64,000 nucleotides of DNA, taken from the NCBI RefSeq assembly GCF_006345805.1, contig NC_043008.1:62001-126000 (forward strand). Direction: 5' to 3'. The stretch's first letter is position 1, and the number at the start of each line of letters is the position of its first letter. The notes beneath the pieces are model-generated. The model was not told the DNA's origin, did not search any database, and saw only the letters and a list, made by a program, of their open reading frames with translations. The position numbers and the translations under genes are program-made. Positions 12,710 through 26,905 of the stretch are shown here, in pieces. Source of the stretch: Octopus sinensis. Lineage: Eukaryota.

Positions 12710-13050
12710 CACCTTTTATCCTTTCAGGATCGATGAATTAAGTACCAGTTGTGTACTGGGGTCGATGTAATCCATTAGCTCCCTTCCGCCAAATTGCTGA
12801 CCTGGTGCTAAAATTTGAAATCATTATTAACATTATTATAGGGATCTGGCAGAATTGTTAGCATTCTGGGCATAATGCTTAGCGGCGTTTCGTCCATTCT
12901 TGCGTTCTGAGATCAAACTCCACTGACGTCGACTTTGCCTTTCATCCTTTCGGGGTTGATAAATTAAATACCAGTGAAACACTGGGGTCGATGTAGTCGA
13001 CTAGTCCCTTCCCCCCAAATTCCAGGCCATGTGTCTATAGTAGAAAGGAT
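12710..13050 (+). mobile_element. SINE family A, two diverged copies
   Basis: ttcatcctttc.gg.tcgat...aagtaccagt core occurs twice. Confidence 0.8.
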
Positions 13051-13599
13051 TATTATTATTATTATTATTATTGTTATTGTTATAGAACACGTGTCAAATG
13101 CATAGACGACATTATGTCTCGTTTGAAAATATTCAGAACACTCCCTCTCCTATTATCTTTCTCGCTCTTTTCCTCGTTATCTTACAATTTGTTTATCTCC
13201 CTTTATCCTTATCTCCAAGCAACTGTTCCAATGACCTGTTCAGATAATGAAAGGTAAACAGACACTGATTTTGCTCACTCACACACACACAAACATGAAA
13301 ACATACAATTTCACTTAATCACACAAACTCATACACACACACTTATGCATACATACTCATGCATGCGTGCATATACTTTTCTTTCTATAAAATGCGACTA
13401 GTTTTCAAAGTCGGTGGCAAATGTCTAAGTTGATAAACAGGTGAAAATTTTTTCCCAAGCAAATCTGATGCGTGCAGACCACTATACAACACACCTGACA
13501 CGACGTGTAATACTCATGTGCCGTCACCAACGTTTTGACAATGTCGTATGTCCAATTAACACTCAATTAGCTGCCTTGTGTGCGGGTACTTGGAAAACA

Positions 13600-13900
13600 C
13601 CTCACAGAACTACCACCGTGCTGTGCATAGTTACGGGCAGCCCTTTGCCAAAGCATAGCATCCGTTCAGCCACCCTGCTAAGGATGCGGCGAAGTCATGG
13701 GACTGCATCAAGGTGGATTGTGAAGATGTAGTTGAAGAACGCATCTGAGTCGACGGTGCTTCATGCATTGATGTTGAACAGAGGAATCCAAGAAGACCAA
13801 CGGTTAGGATCATTAAGCCCTATCATGAGAGTAACTGCAATACATCAATAGGGGTGATGTCCATGGCTGTGTAGTCAGCCAATGAAAGATTCACGATGAC
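13600..13900 (+). mobile_element. Possible decayed LINE reverse-transcriptase fragment
   Basis: Broken frames LKNASESTVLHALMLNRGIQE and VRIIKPYHES loosely resemble the RT D-xKAFD-...GIP...IRII region. Confidence 0.3.
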
Positions 13901-14039
13901 TCAGGCTCCCAATTCAAATTCACAATTCTGGAATTGGATGGTAGCAGATTCTTGGGAATCCGTGAAAGCAGCGAAAAAACTGCCTGCAGATCGATCGATC
14001 GATCTATCCAACCATCCATCTTCGCCCACTATTTCTGGG

Positions 14040-14440
14040 TAAGCTGTGGAGGCAGAGTCCTCAGGTGCCCTTTCCATAGGATCTTATCAGAAGCAGCCGT
14101 TTTTGACTTTCCATTTGGATTCCCAAGCGTGGCTCTCTGAAGCTATGGATATCCAACTATTTCGTTCTTGATCTATTCCTAGGTCTCCTGCCAGTTGGTT
14201 CGGTTTGAAGATTTCGATTTGCGAGTCTACCCTGTAACGTCCTAGACACATGGCTGTATTACTTGAGCTGTGACCTCTTGATGCAGAAACGTAGCGACCC
14301 GACCTGGAGAGACTTCTTGATCTCCAAGCTACACACCTTAATGAGTAATGCTACTCCAGAGATTCTTCGGATGAGCCCTCGTTTCTACCCCTTGTATTCA
14401 GGAGCCTAGTCTGACAGTCATTACCCAACATCCATGACAT
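14040..14440 (-). mobile_element. RTE-type LINE 3' end, decayed, related to 17810-18240
   Basis: Shares blocks such as ccataggatc.tatca, ctcggtttgaaga and tactccagagattcttcgga with the 17.8-18.2 kb fragment. Confidence 0.65.
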
Positions 14441-14824
14441 GTAGATTCACACATATAAAAAGTGGGAGCACTGTATGATTGTCGAGTACGTTGTTGACTT
14501 GCATCGCTCGATTTGAACTACGTCTGAACCAACCAAGGCAACACTAGAAAATTAAGTCTTCGTTGTTGTTCATACGATCCAACGCTTTGTGTGTTTTACT
14601 CTGTTCATTCCATGTGATTTACTCTCTTAATCTTGAATGATTTTCATTCTTAATCGTATTCTGTTGTGTCTAGGCAGAGTCATTCGCTTTTTGTGCCTTA
14701 TAATTTAACACACTCACCGGTAAAATTTCCACTTATTTCTTATTTATTTTTCTAAAATTTTCGTTGCGTTTTGCAACCTTTTCAATACTTTTGACTCTGT
14801 TCGTTACACACATTACGTTCCTTT

Positions 14825-15330
14825 TTGTTTGTGCGCATGCGTGTGGGTCAGTGTGTCCGTGTGCGTGCCTATACATGCATGCATCTATGCATGTGTGTGT
14901 TTGCATGTATATGTATGTGCATATGTATCTATTTATGTGTGTACATTTGTATGTATGTATTCTGCATATTCATGTGTTTGCATGTCCGTGTTTGTGTGTT
15001 TTTATGTATGTGCGTGTGTGTATGTGTGTGTGTGTGTGTTTGTATATGTGTGTATGTACCACTGTCTCCTTGTGTGTGCATGTCTGAGTGTGTGCATGTG
15101 TTTTGCAACTATGTACCGTGTTTGTATGTATGGATGTGCATCTCCATATGTGTGGACGTGTGTCTCTATATGTGTCCTTGTGTGAATTGAAGTGTGTGTA
15201 TATATGGTCATGTGTTTCGGTCTCCATTTGCGTATGTGTGCTTGTTTGTTCATATAACCTATGTACCTATCCGCCTGTATGTTGATCTGTTTACTTTCAT
15301 ACCCATATGCTTACATACATGAGCATGTAC
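14825..15330. repeat. Degenerate (TG)/(TATG) low-complexity tract
   Basis: Direct reading. Confidence 0.9.
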
Positions 15331-16284
15331 ATACATACTTAATTTATTCTTTTAAGATCGTGAGATTTTACCGTTATTCTCTGGTTCGTTGAGCTGGGGC
15401 AGGACTTGGTTGAACTACGATTCTCCACTGCAATATCGACTCCTCACATAATTCCATAAACTGAGGGTGGAGTATTATTTCTCATGATTACATTCTGGGC
15501 TGCAGAGAAACGTAATATTCATGGTGTCGTATGTAACGAGTAGGTGAGTGTTACATTATGTTGATGATGTCACAGGTTCAATTATTAACTGAGTCATTTC
15601 ATTTTAAATCACTTACCCACTGTATATTTGATTTCTAGTCGCCGTGTGTAAATTGAAGATGTCTAAGTTGCAACCGATCGACTTTTCTGTATCTTTATTT
15701 AATATCAGAAAAATAGTATTTGATGGATAGAAGACCTTTTCTTTTTATCTGATATAGTTTCCGTTGTAATTAGAAAGGTAGGCGAAATTTCCTGACCTCG
15801 GAATTTAATGACTGAAATATTACACCATATCCATATAAATAAACAAATACACACAAACACATACACCCACGCACGCAGAAACACGAAATAAAGAAATATA
15901 TTACTCATTCTCGTACCACCAAAATCCTGATGACCTATGACAATCAACTCCGTTATCGTCACTAATGTCTCCGGGTGAACGTACATCAAAAATCTTTTTT
16001 TTTTATCTTTCCTGAAATTAATAAGGCTCTCTTACAACCGTATAAAATTATAATTTTCTTAGGAATGGTGGCTTAAGTTCATATCTGGTATTTATTTTAT
16101 CAATGCTGGAGGGGTGAAAGGCCAGACATTTTAAAGTGGGATTTGCATGATGTTTCGTCCACTATACAATCATTTCGTTTACTCCATCTCACTTCCGGCC
16201 CTTTAAAGACTATGGATATGATTAAAGGTACAACTGGTAATGGGAGGTTAAGCAGAGAAGCGTAAGAAATTTGATGGACTAGTG

Positions 16285-16550
16285 TGTGAAGCCAGACAGA
16301 CAAGTGTGGGAAGTTAGACAGAAAAAATGGGGGAAAGTTAAACAGATAAATGTGTAAAGTTAGATAGACAAGTGTGGGAAGTTAGACAGGTAAGTATGGG
16401 AAGCTTGACAGAAAATCGTGGGAAGTGCAACGTAAAAAAAGTTAGACAGACAAGTGTGGGAATTTTCACAGAGAAGTGTGAGAAGTTTGATAGAAATGTT
16501 GGGAAGTTAGGCATAACAATGCAGGAAGTTATGCAGAGAAGTGTGTGAAA
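16285..16550. repeat. Degenerate minisatellite, about 22-bp unit agacagacaagtgtgggaagtt
   Basis: About 11-12 diverged tandem units. Confidence 0.8.
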
Positions 16551-16691
16551 TTATTCAAAGGAATGGGAGAAGAAACGCACTGACAAAAACCGAATAATGC
16601 ATTAGTCGTTTACAAAGTATGCATAATGCTATTTACGTTGCACCAATTTCCTCACACCCAGAATGCAGTTAATATTATTAGATTGATTAAA

Positions 16692-16870
16692 GAGAGGAGC
16701 TGGTAGAAACGTTAGCACGCCGGGCGAAATGCTTAGAGGCATTTCGTCCGTCTTTACGTTCTTAGTTCAAATTCCACCGGGTTCGACTTTGCCATGGTCG
16801 ATAACATAGGTCGATAAAATAAGTACCAGTTGAGCAGTGGGGTCGATTTAATTGACTTATCCCTTCGCAA
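16692..16870 (+). mobile_element. SINE family A
   Basis: Head and core match the family. Confidence 0.8.
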
Positions 16871-17397
16871 AATGTTAGTTTGTTTACGTCTAGTAACATA
16901 GTGGTTTGGTAAAAGATAACGATAGGGTAAATACCAGACTTTTAACAAAATATAAACTGGAGTGGATTTGTTTGGCCAACCTTTTAAGGTGGGGCTCCGG
17001 TATGACAGCTCTCACATGACAAACGGATAAAAGATAAAAAGTTTATCAACAGTTTATGACATTACGAAACAAAATAATCAGCTGATGAAATTTATAGTTG
17101 ATTCACAGTCACGAAATGTTTAAAAGAGAGAAAAAAGGGAAAATATTTAAACTTTCAAAACAACATGAAGCAATATTTCAGTGATTTAGTGCAAATGAAT
17201 CTAAGAGTATGGCGACTAGTCATCCAGAACATTAGACAGTATAAGGGTATCCAAGAGGCTTGCATGCTAACAGATGTTATTTTAGAAACTTTAAAATAAC
17301 GATATGCTATGCCATCCATCCGTCCGTCCGTCCATGCATCCATGCATCCATCCATGCATCTTCCTCACCGAATATTCCTGGCAGAATCATTAGGTCG

Positions 17398-17800
17398 TGT
17401 TGGCAGAATCGTTAGCACGCCGGGCGAAATGCTTAGAAGTATTTCGTCTGCCGCTACATTCTGAGATCAAATTCCGCCGAGGTCGACTTTGCTTTTCATC
17501 CTTTCGGGGTCGATAAATTAAGTACCAGTTACGCTCTGGGGTCGATATAATCGACTTAATCCGTTTGCCTGTCCTTGTTTGTCCTCTCTGTGTTTAGCCC
17601 CTTGTGGGTAGTAAAGAAATACGTATTTCGTCTGCCGTTACGTTCTGAGTTCAAATTCCGCCAAGGTCGACTTTGCCTTTCATCCTTTCGGGGTCGATTA
17701 AATAAGTACCAGTTACGCACTGGGATAGATGTAATCCACTTAATACCTTTGTCTGTCCTTGTTTGTCCCCTCTGTGTTTAGCCCCTTATAGGCAGTAAAG
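17398..17800 (+). mobile_element. SINE family A, two-unit array
   Basis: Tail re-enters at tatttcgtctg near 17622. Confidence 0.9.
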
Positions 17801-17809
17801 AAATAAGAA

Positions 17810-18240
17810 TCGTTAGGTCGTGTCCTCTGATACCTCCTCCATAGGATCCTATCAAAACAACCGTCATCAGACCACCCTGCTTGAGTCCTAATTTCCCGAG
17901 CGTGACCCACTGGAGACCACACATGTCATCGAACCATCTCGTTCTTGCTCTACCCTTAGGTCCCCTGTCAGTTAGCTCGGTTTGAAGAATATGTCTTGCG
18001 ACTCTTTCCTGCGACATTCTAATTACATATTCTTTGTACTGGAGATGTTACCTCTCAGTGTGGCGTCGTAGCTGCTCGACCCGACGAGGCTCCCTAAGCT
18101 CCGAACAACACACCTTATCTAGTAATATTACTCCAGAGATTCTTCGGAGAAGCTCCATTTCTGCCGCTTGTACTCTCGATCGTACCTTCAGTAATTACCC
18201 AGCATTCATGACCATAGGTGAGGATAGGCATAAAAACTTA
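17810..18240 (-). mobile_element. RTE-type LINE 3' end, decayed
   Basis: Minus translation AAEMELLRRISGVILLDKV...VIRMSQERVARHILQTELTDRGPKGRARTRWFDDM matches the RT-LINE C-terminal GH..RM...RP-GRP--RW-D motif. Confidence 0.75.
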
Positions 18241-18489
18241 ATTTTTCTGGTGAAAAGAAGTTGTTGTAGAAACCAGGGTTACATATGAGATGACCTGGTT
18301 AAAACACTCGATTCTGTTTCCATCATTTTCTTTTGCTTGAGTTCTAATAAATTAGCATATTTTATAACCAAGAATTATCCAGGTCTCAAGGATGACGGAT
18401 TAGCGAAACTGCACTACATACGGAAATGGACTATGAATGGAAATCTGATGCTGAGGTGCATTTATTTACAATATCACCAAATATTTGTA

Positions 18490-18646
18490 TGTGTCATGGT
18501 TTCTATTCAACATGAAATATATGTATAAACGACAGACTGCCGCTTATATGTGTCTATGTATGTCTGTATGTGTGTGTGTGTGTGTGTGTGTGAATCTATC
18601 CCTCATCTCCTTCTGTCTCTATATATGTATATATAAGGATTATATG

Positions 18647-18685
<39 letters not shown>

Positions 18686-18782
18686 GTTTATGTACATATA
18701 TATGTATGTGTGTGTGAATTGTATATGTATATGTGTACGTATATGTATATATATATGTATATATAAGGATTATATGTATGTG

Positions 18783-18816
<34 letters not shown>

Positions 18817-18827
18817 ATATGTATATA

Positions 18828-18921
<94 letters not shown>

Positions 18922-18930
18922 TATATGATT
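18490..18930. repeat. (TA)n/(TG)n microsatellites
   Basis: Direct reading. Confidence 0.95.
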
Positions 18931-19309
18931 CGCTGTTGTTAGGTAATCCACTACTTCAATAGTTCCCAACGCAATATACGTCTTGATTTAAAAATAGGAG
19001 AAAAGAGCCCATGGAAGCGAAAGTATGTAGATTATTTTTCACCGTTACATGCTCATACAATATTTTGAGCCGGGCATTTATTTACTAGTTCGCAATTGAA
19101 ATTTCCTTTTACAATTGCATAATCTGTTCAACTTCGAGATGTGAATATTGCGGGTTACAAAATTCATACCAACATACAGTACACAACCATAAGTAGAAGA
19201 GGTATGTGCGCCGATCCTTACACTAATAAAATTCATTGTGGAATTATAAACATTTAGCTTTCCCCACTAAGTGCTCCAAATTACCTCAGCTAGAGGGGGC
19301 AGCCCATCT

Positions 19310-19400
<91 letters not shown>

Positions 19401-19407
19401 CTACTAC

Positions 19408-19470
<63 letters not shown>

Positions 19471-19858
19471 TTTTTTTCTTCTTTCAAATTTGCTTCCATT
19501 TCTTGCCGAGTGTCTTCCCGACTCCTAGGGCAAAGAAACTCATAGTATACATTGGTAGGCCATTAAACCAAACTCAGTAGTTCGTTCATTTTTTTTTATT
19601 TTTTATTTTTTTATTACTATTATTATTATCATTAATATCATTATTATTATTATCATTATCATTATTATTATTATTATTGTTGTTATTATCATTATTATTA
19701 TTACTATTATCATTATTATTATTATTATTATTATTGTTGTTGTTATATCTATTATTACGCCTGTAATGTTTCTTCCTTATACTATTACCATAGTTATTCT
19801 CAGTGTTAACATAATTGCTAGCATTTCCCATATCTTTATTATGATTATTGTCATTATT

Positions 19859-19912
<54 letters not shown>

Positions 19913-20040
19913 TTAATAATAATAATAATTATTATTATTATTGCTATTAACATTAACATTACAATAGTTCCCACCACTATTATTACTGTAATAATGATAA
20001 TCATTGCCACTACCACTGTTATTTTTGCCGTTGTACTATC
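19310..20040. repeat. (ATT)n and (AAT)n tracts
   Basis: Direct reading; orientation switches from AAT to ATT near 19930. Confidence 0.95.
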
Positions 20041-20660
20041 GCATTGAGTGAATGTTGGGCAGTAGAGAAGCGGGTTACACATACATCGTTGATGAATTCA
20101 GATGCTTGAATTGGTGGGTGAGAAGGAATATAATTAGTTTGGGTTCCATCCTTGTTAGCATTAATGCTATTTCTGTTATTGGGGGAATTTTTATCTAATA
20201 CTAAAACGATTAATAGCAACAGATACCTGATAGAATAAGGGTGGTAGAAAAAGAGAGTATGATCGTGTGTTTGTTAAAGATTCTACAATATCTATTAGAC
20301 AGAGGAAAGTGCTCCTCCGAAATATTGAAGAATTTTCTAGCCAGCTGCGTGACAATATAGATAGACCATGGAGGATTGTACCACAAAATACTATTTTTAA
20401 ATAATACCTGATGACTACATCATTCAAGAGTAAAGTTTCTTAAATATGGCTAATTTCGATTAGAAATTCCATTTCTTAATGATACGCTGATTAATCAACT
20501 GCGCACTTGCTTATTTGGTTATTCTGACGCATTCAGAGTTGCGTAACATATTACGTAATGTTATGCATGCTGTGCATACTGGGTACTTGACATTATTATG
20601 CTTATGTCGAAATAGACTTAACAAAAAAATTATAGCAATACCAGATAACTCCTTCGTCTC

Positions 20661-20875
<215 letters not shown>

Positions 20876-20879
20876 TAGA

Positions 20880-21155
20880 GGCGCAGGCATGGCTGTGTGG
20901 TAACTTCCTGGCTCACTCCCACTGCGTGGCACCTTGGGTAAGTGTCTTCTGCTATAGCCTCGGGCCGGCCAAAGCTTTGTGAGTGGATTTGGTAGACGGA
21001 AACTGAAAGAAGCCCATCATATATATATGCCGCTAGAATAAGTTCCTGGCTTTAAGAAATAAGTACTAGGGTCGATACGTTGGATTAAAAATTCTTCAAG
21101 CTGGTGCTCCAGCGTGGCCACAGTCTAATGACTGAAACGGAGAAAGAATAAAAGA
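20880..21155 (+). mobile_element. SINE family B
   Basis: gcaggcatggctgtgtggtaa...ggaaactgaaagaagccc plus 3' remnant. Confidence 0.8.
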
Positions 21156-21204
21156 CATATATTATGCGATCATGTATGTGTTGTGTGTATGTATTTATAT
21201 ATAT

Positions 21205-21604
21205 ATATAAATCGTCTTCGTGGCACTCCGTCGGTTGCGACGACGAGGGTTCCAGTTGATCCGATCAACGGAACAGCCTGCTCGTGAAATTAACGTGCAA
21301 GTGGCTGAGCACTCCACAGACACGTGTTCCGTTAACGTAGTTCTTGGGGGAGATTCAACGTGATACAGTGTGGGACAAGGCTGGCCCCTTTGAAATACAG
21401 GTACAACAGAAACAGGAAGAAAGAGTGAGAGAAAGTTGTGGTGAAAGAGTACAACAGGGTTCGCCACCAACCCCTGCTGGAGCACCGTGGGGCTATTAGG
21501 TGTTTTTGCACAATAAACACTCACAACGCCCGGTCTGGGAATCGAAACCGCGATCCCACGACCGTGAGTCTGCTGCCGTAACCACTGGGCCATTGCGCCT
21601 CCAC
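21205..21604 (-). mobile_element. SINE family C with tRNA-derived head
   Basis: Minus strand gtggaggcgcaatggcccagtggt...ggtttcgattccc (A and B box-like). Confidence 0.8.
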
Positions 21605-21779
21605 TGTATATAAATAGCTCTGCTAAAAAACCCAATTCGAAGTTTTTTTAACGAAATATTGTTTTCGTTTCACTTTCTTAATTGCAGTCACATGTGGTGG
21701 ATTTCCCATGATGCTCAATAACGAACTGATAAACTAGAATGATAATGATAAGGATAAGGATTATGTCGCGGGCTTCCGT

Positions 21780-21847
21780 CGACAACCACGGCCACCACTG
21801 TCGTCACCGTCAATATCACCACGTCCACGTCAACCACCAGCACCAGC

Positions 21848-21878
<31 letters not shown>

Positions 21879-22132
21879 CCACCACCACAACCATCACCAC
21901 CACCATCATCATCATCATCATCATTACCGGCGTTTCCACCATCGCCACCAGCACTAGCACTGGAACCAGCAGCAGTAGCAGCAGCAGCAGCACCACCACC
22001 ACGAACAACGACACTACCTTCGCTGCCACTGCCGCCTCCACTACCACCGACGCCTCCAGCACAGCCATCGCCATGGTCTCTACCATGGCTTCTGCTACCA
22101 CCTCCACCGCCACCGCTGCTTTCAGTGCCTCC

Positions 22133-22164
<32 letters not shown>

Positions 22165-22230
22165 CACCGCCGCCACGGCCACCGCCATTGCCGCCACTGC
22201 CATCACAGATACCAATGACAACAACAATGT
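21780..22230. repeat. GC-rich trinucleotide low-complexity tract (CAC/CAT/CAG/CGC)
   Basis: Direct reading. Confidence 0.85.
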
Positions 22231-22289
22231 TTCTAACATGAGCTAATTTGGAGGTGTGTGCGTGAGTGTGTGTGTGTGGCGGGCGTTAG

Positions 22290-22652
22290 CCGATGAACCC
22301 TTCCCCTAGTATTCAACTGGTATTTTATTTAACTGACCTCGCTGGGAAGAAAGGCAAAATCAATCTCGACGGACTTTGAACCGAGAGCATAAAAGGTTGC
22401 AGGAATAAATCGCCGTTTTGAAGAGTCTGCAAATCCCTCCTCTGTTGATAATGATTATAACAATGATAATGCTTTCTACTCTAGGCACAAGGCTTGGATC
22501 TTTGGCTGAGGAAAGAGATGGTCGATTATATCGACCCCAGTAATCAACTGGTACTTATTTTATAAAACCATGAAAGGGCGTAAAAGCGAAGTCGATCTCG
22601 GCGGAATGTGAACTCAGAAAGGCGTTGTAATGAATGAGCCAGCTTGCTTCGC

Positions 22653-22715
<63 letters not shown>

Positions 22716-23085
22716 TAATCCTTTCTACTATAGGCACGAGGACTGATATGTTTTGAGAAAGGGGGAGGCTAGTCGATTGTATCGACTCTAGTGCTCAAGT
22801 AGATCCCAAAAGGATGAAAGGCAAAGTCGTCCTCGTCGGAATTTGAACTGAGAACGTCATGGCGGACGAAATGCCGCTAAGTAATTTTGCCCGACGTGCT
22901 AACGATTCTGCCAGCTTGCTTAGTTAATAATAATATAATAATAATAATAATAATAATAAATAATAATAATAACAATCCTTTCTGATAAAGACACAAAGCC
23001 TGAAAACTGGGTAAGGGCGGTGGCTAGTCGATTCAATCGACCCCAGTGTTCAACTGGTACTTATTTTATCGACCCCGAATTGATA
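22290..23085 (-). mobile_element. Cluster of four SINE family A copies separated by (AAT)n
   Basis: Core motif near 22330, 22550, 22800 and 23050. Confidence 0.8.
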
Positions 23086-23489
23086 AAATTCAAATGAGCA
23101 TCGGTGGTCTATGTGATAGTTGTGGTGGTGGTGGTGATGATAATGTTGCTGACAGTTATGGTGTAACTCATATCGGGAGTGGTGGGTGAGCATTGTTGCC
23201 CAAACGTCCCTCATTACTTCGTATTTCCCAGGGTTTTGTGTTTTGTTCGGCTTTTCTTTTTTGCTTTGGTAACTTTTTAACATTTAAGTTCCTCACCATC
23301 ACCTTCGCTGTATAGTATATCTGAGTGGTCACACGAAGGGAGAGTATGTCTTGGGGAGGTCTGTTGTTTTGTTGTCTATGATGTGGTCAACCTTGATGTT
23401 GGTGTATTTTCTATTGTCTTAGTTGCAATTGTTTCCACTGGTATTGTTGATGCTGCTGCTGTTGCTGTTGCTGTTGAGCGAAGCGGTCT

Positions 23490-23844
23490 TCGTCCCAGAG
23501 CTCGCAAGATGGGAGAAGTCCGAAACGTGGTCCTTTGCTATTCGTAAGATCCGCAGAAGAGAAAGCAGGCCAACCCCCGACACCAAGAACATCGACGGAT
23601 GGATGAATGCGCATCCAGGCTCAGCGGTTGCGTAGGAAGTCGGGGATAAGAAACAGGAAGAAAGAGTGGGAGAAAGTTGGAGCAAAAGAGTACAACAGGG
23701 GTCGTCACCACCCCCTTCCGGAGCCTCGTGGAGCTTTAGGTGTTTTCGCTCAATAAACACACACAACGCCCGGTCTGGGAATCGAAACCGCGATCCTCCG
23801 ACCGCAAGTCCGCTGCCCTAACCATTGGGACATTGCGCCTCCAC
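23490..23844 (-). mobile_element. SINE family C
   Basis: Same head and gaaagagtg.gagaaagttg block as 21205-21604. Confidence 0.8.
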
Positions 23845-24104
23845 TTGATGTTGCTGTTGTAGATATTGCAGTAACTGTTGGTGCTTCTGCTCTTACTACT
23901 TTTTGTGCAGCTATTCATTTTATTCTTGCTATCAAAACTGTCGTGGTATCCTGTTTTCCTTCATGCTGCTGCTGCTGCTTCTGCCTCTGCCGCTGTTGTG
24001 ATGGTGTTTGTGATGTTGCGGTTCTTCTCAGCCTTCTATCTTCAATGACTATGGGAAGTTTTGTGCTGCCTGTAAGATTAAGTCTGGCCTTGAACCTATG
24101 TAAC

Positions 24105-24186
24105 AAGTCATCATCATCATCATCATCATCATCACAACCACCATATATCATTATTATTATTTTTTTTTTTCATATTATTATTATTA

Positions 24187-24250
<64 letters not shown>

Positions 24251-24255
24251 TATTA

Positions 24256-24306
<51 letters not shown>

Positions 24307-24399
24307 TATTATATTATTATTATTATTATTATATTGTTATTATTATTATTATTATTATTATTGTTATTATTATTATTATTATTATTATCATTATTATTA

Positions 24400-24430
<31 letters not shown>

Positions 24431-24723
24431 AACTATTATTACTATTAATATTATTATTATCATTATTATTATTTTTTTCATTATTATTATTATTATCATT
24501 ATTATTATTATTATTATTATTACTATTATTATTATTATTATTATTACTATTATTATTATTATTATTATTATTGTTATTATTATATTATTATTATTATTGT
24601 TATTATTATTATTATTATTATCATTATTATTATTATTATTATTACTATTATTATTTATTATTATTATTATTATTACTATTATTATTATTATTATTATTAC
24701 TATTATTATTATTACCATTATCA

Positions 24724-24774
<51 letters not shown>

Positions 24775-24800
24775 TATTATTATTACTATTATTATTATTG
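24105..24800. repeat. (ATT)n, about 700 bp
   Basis: Direct reading. Confidence 0.98.
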
Positions 24801-25134
24801 ACGTCCGATCGGATTAGCGGGAAAGGTCAATGACATTAATCTAAATGTCATAACACAGGTTTCGTCTTCAAAAATTCCAATTTACATAAAGACCGAATTG
24901 AGCAGAGCAGATGGATTGCTGGTTATTAAATACCTGAAGTGCATAGTTTAAGATTGCTTATGGTTGCCTACATACACATCTGGCAATCTCTTTACCGTAT
25001 AAGGCGAGCATTATCATGAGATTATGTTAAAATACTGTAATTAGGAGACTCAATGTTGAGGAAGCAGACTTCATTAATGCAAACGGAAATGATTGGTGCT
25101 GACGTCTATTGTTACATTAATGCATTTAATTAAT

Positions 25135-25640
25135 AATGCATACATAGATAACATACATACAGACATACATACATACGTACATACATACATACATACATAC
25201 ATATACATGCATACATACATACATACATACATACATAAATACATACATACATACATATATACGTACATACATACATACATACATACGTAACATACATACA
25301 TGCATACATACATACATGCATACATGCATGCATACATACATACATACATACATACATACATGCATGCATACATACATACATACATGCATACATACATACA
25401 TATATACATGCATACATATATACATACATGCATACATACATACATGCATACATACATACATACATACATACATACATGCATGCATACATGCATACATACA
25501 CATACATACATACATACATACATACATATCTACATGCATATTTACATACATACATATATTTATATACATACATATGTATATTTATATTTATAAATATATA
25601 TATATGTAATGTATATATATATATATGTATATATGTAGTG
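25135..25640. repeat. (TACA)n/(TGCA) tract
   Basis: Direct reading. Confidence 0.97.
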
Positions 25641-25654
25641 AGTATACATGACCT

Positions 25655-25900
25655 AGTGAATTAGGGTGGTGTGCATGAGATCGTGGTTTCAATTCATAGG
25701 CTGTGTAGTGCGTTATGTTCTTGAGCAAAACACTTCATCTCACGTTGATCATTTCGACACTTGACGCCTGACACACCTGTTCAGGTAACGCTGATTTGAT
25801 AGAGGGAGCTAATGCACGGCACATACACTTGATCTCTATAAACAAATCATTTGTGCAGGTCATTCGCCAAAAAGCTCAATGTTCATACGTCGTCTTTGAC
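25655..25900 (+). mobile_element. SINE family D
   Basis: gatcgtggtttcaattc...ttgagcaaaacacttcatct...cgacacttgacgc shared with 4203-4460. Confidence 0.65.
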
Positions 25901-25930
25901 GGCAGAATCCATACACACAACACACACACA

Positions 25931-25966
<36 letters not shown>

Positions 25967-26106
25967 TACACACACAAACACACACACATATATCATATAA
26001 TTAAGATTCAGTTGAATTGAGGCACATTGTTGCTTTGGTGTAGTCCGCACAGCTCCATGTTAGGTGAACAGGATGTAAATAAGTAACAAGAATGTATAGG
26101 TGTCAA

Positions 26107-26193
26107 TACATTACGGCCGTTTCAAGAGGCTCCATTTAGTTGATCTATGGAAACATTACATCGATTTGAAAGAAACCGCTCTCTTCAGACGCA
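26107..26193 (-). ncRNA. Type I hammerhead ribozyme motif
   Basis: Minus strand reads tgcgt-CTGAAGA-gagcggtttctt...atggagcctctt-GAAAC-GGCC-GTA-atgta. Helix III ACGGCCGT is palindromic; helix I is 5 bp with two G-U pairs; helix II is about 12 bp with 2 mismatches. Confidence 0.6.
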
Positions 26194-26482
26194 GATAACC
26201 ATATAGATTTCAGACATAAAGGATAAACCATTTTTAACAAATTTACATCAACTTCGCGGCAGGAGGTGCAGATGAGGGCTGCTGCATCAAACTCTCTCAT
26301 GCACCAAATATCAATTGCTAAAAGGCATTCGTGAAGTAAAATCATGTAGCAACACCAAATGGCGATGCCCCAGCATAGCCACAGCTCGTGAGCTGAATCT
26401 AGATGAAATAAATATGAAAAAATAAAAATAAAAAGCAAAAGCAAATAATTATATTGTTTCCTTATTCTATATAGATACATGC

Positions 26483-26486
26483 ATAC

Positions 26487-26517
<31 letters not shown>

Positions 26518-26528
26518 GCTATCTATCT

Positions 26529-26566
<38 letters not shown>

Positions 26567-26567
26567 C

Positions 26568-26624
<57 letters not shown>

Positions 26625-26684
26625 CTATCTATCTATCTATCTATTCTATCTATCTATCTTCTATCTATCTATCTATCATCTATC

Positions 26685-26766
<82 letters not shown>
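26483..26766. repeat. (TCTA)n
   Basis: Direct reading. Confidence 0.97.
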
Positions 26767-26768
<2 letters not shown>

Positions 26769-26870
26769 GATCATTTTTTTTCCTCTCCCCCCCTTTTTTT
26801 TTTTTTTAACCCCCCTTATTTTTGTCCTCTTTCTCTCCTTTTACGATCCCTTTTGATCGAACCGCCCCCT

Positions 26871-26905
<35 letters not shown>

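Noticed and set aside
17075-17125. CTGATGA...GAAATGTT
   Set aside because: No helix II or helix I pairing.
21530-21604. tRNA-like sequences at SINE heads (also 23770-23844, 4205-4270)
   Set aside because: They continue into SINE bodies and lack a complete acceptor stem; not tRNA genes.
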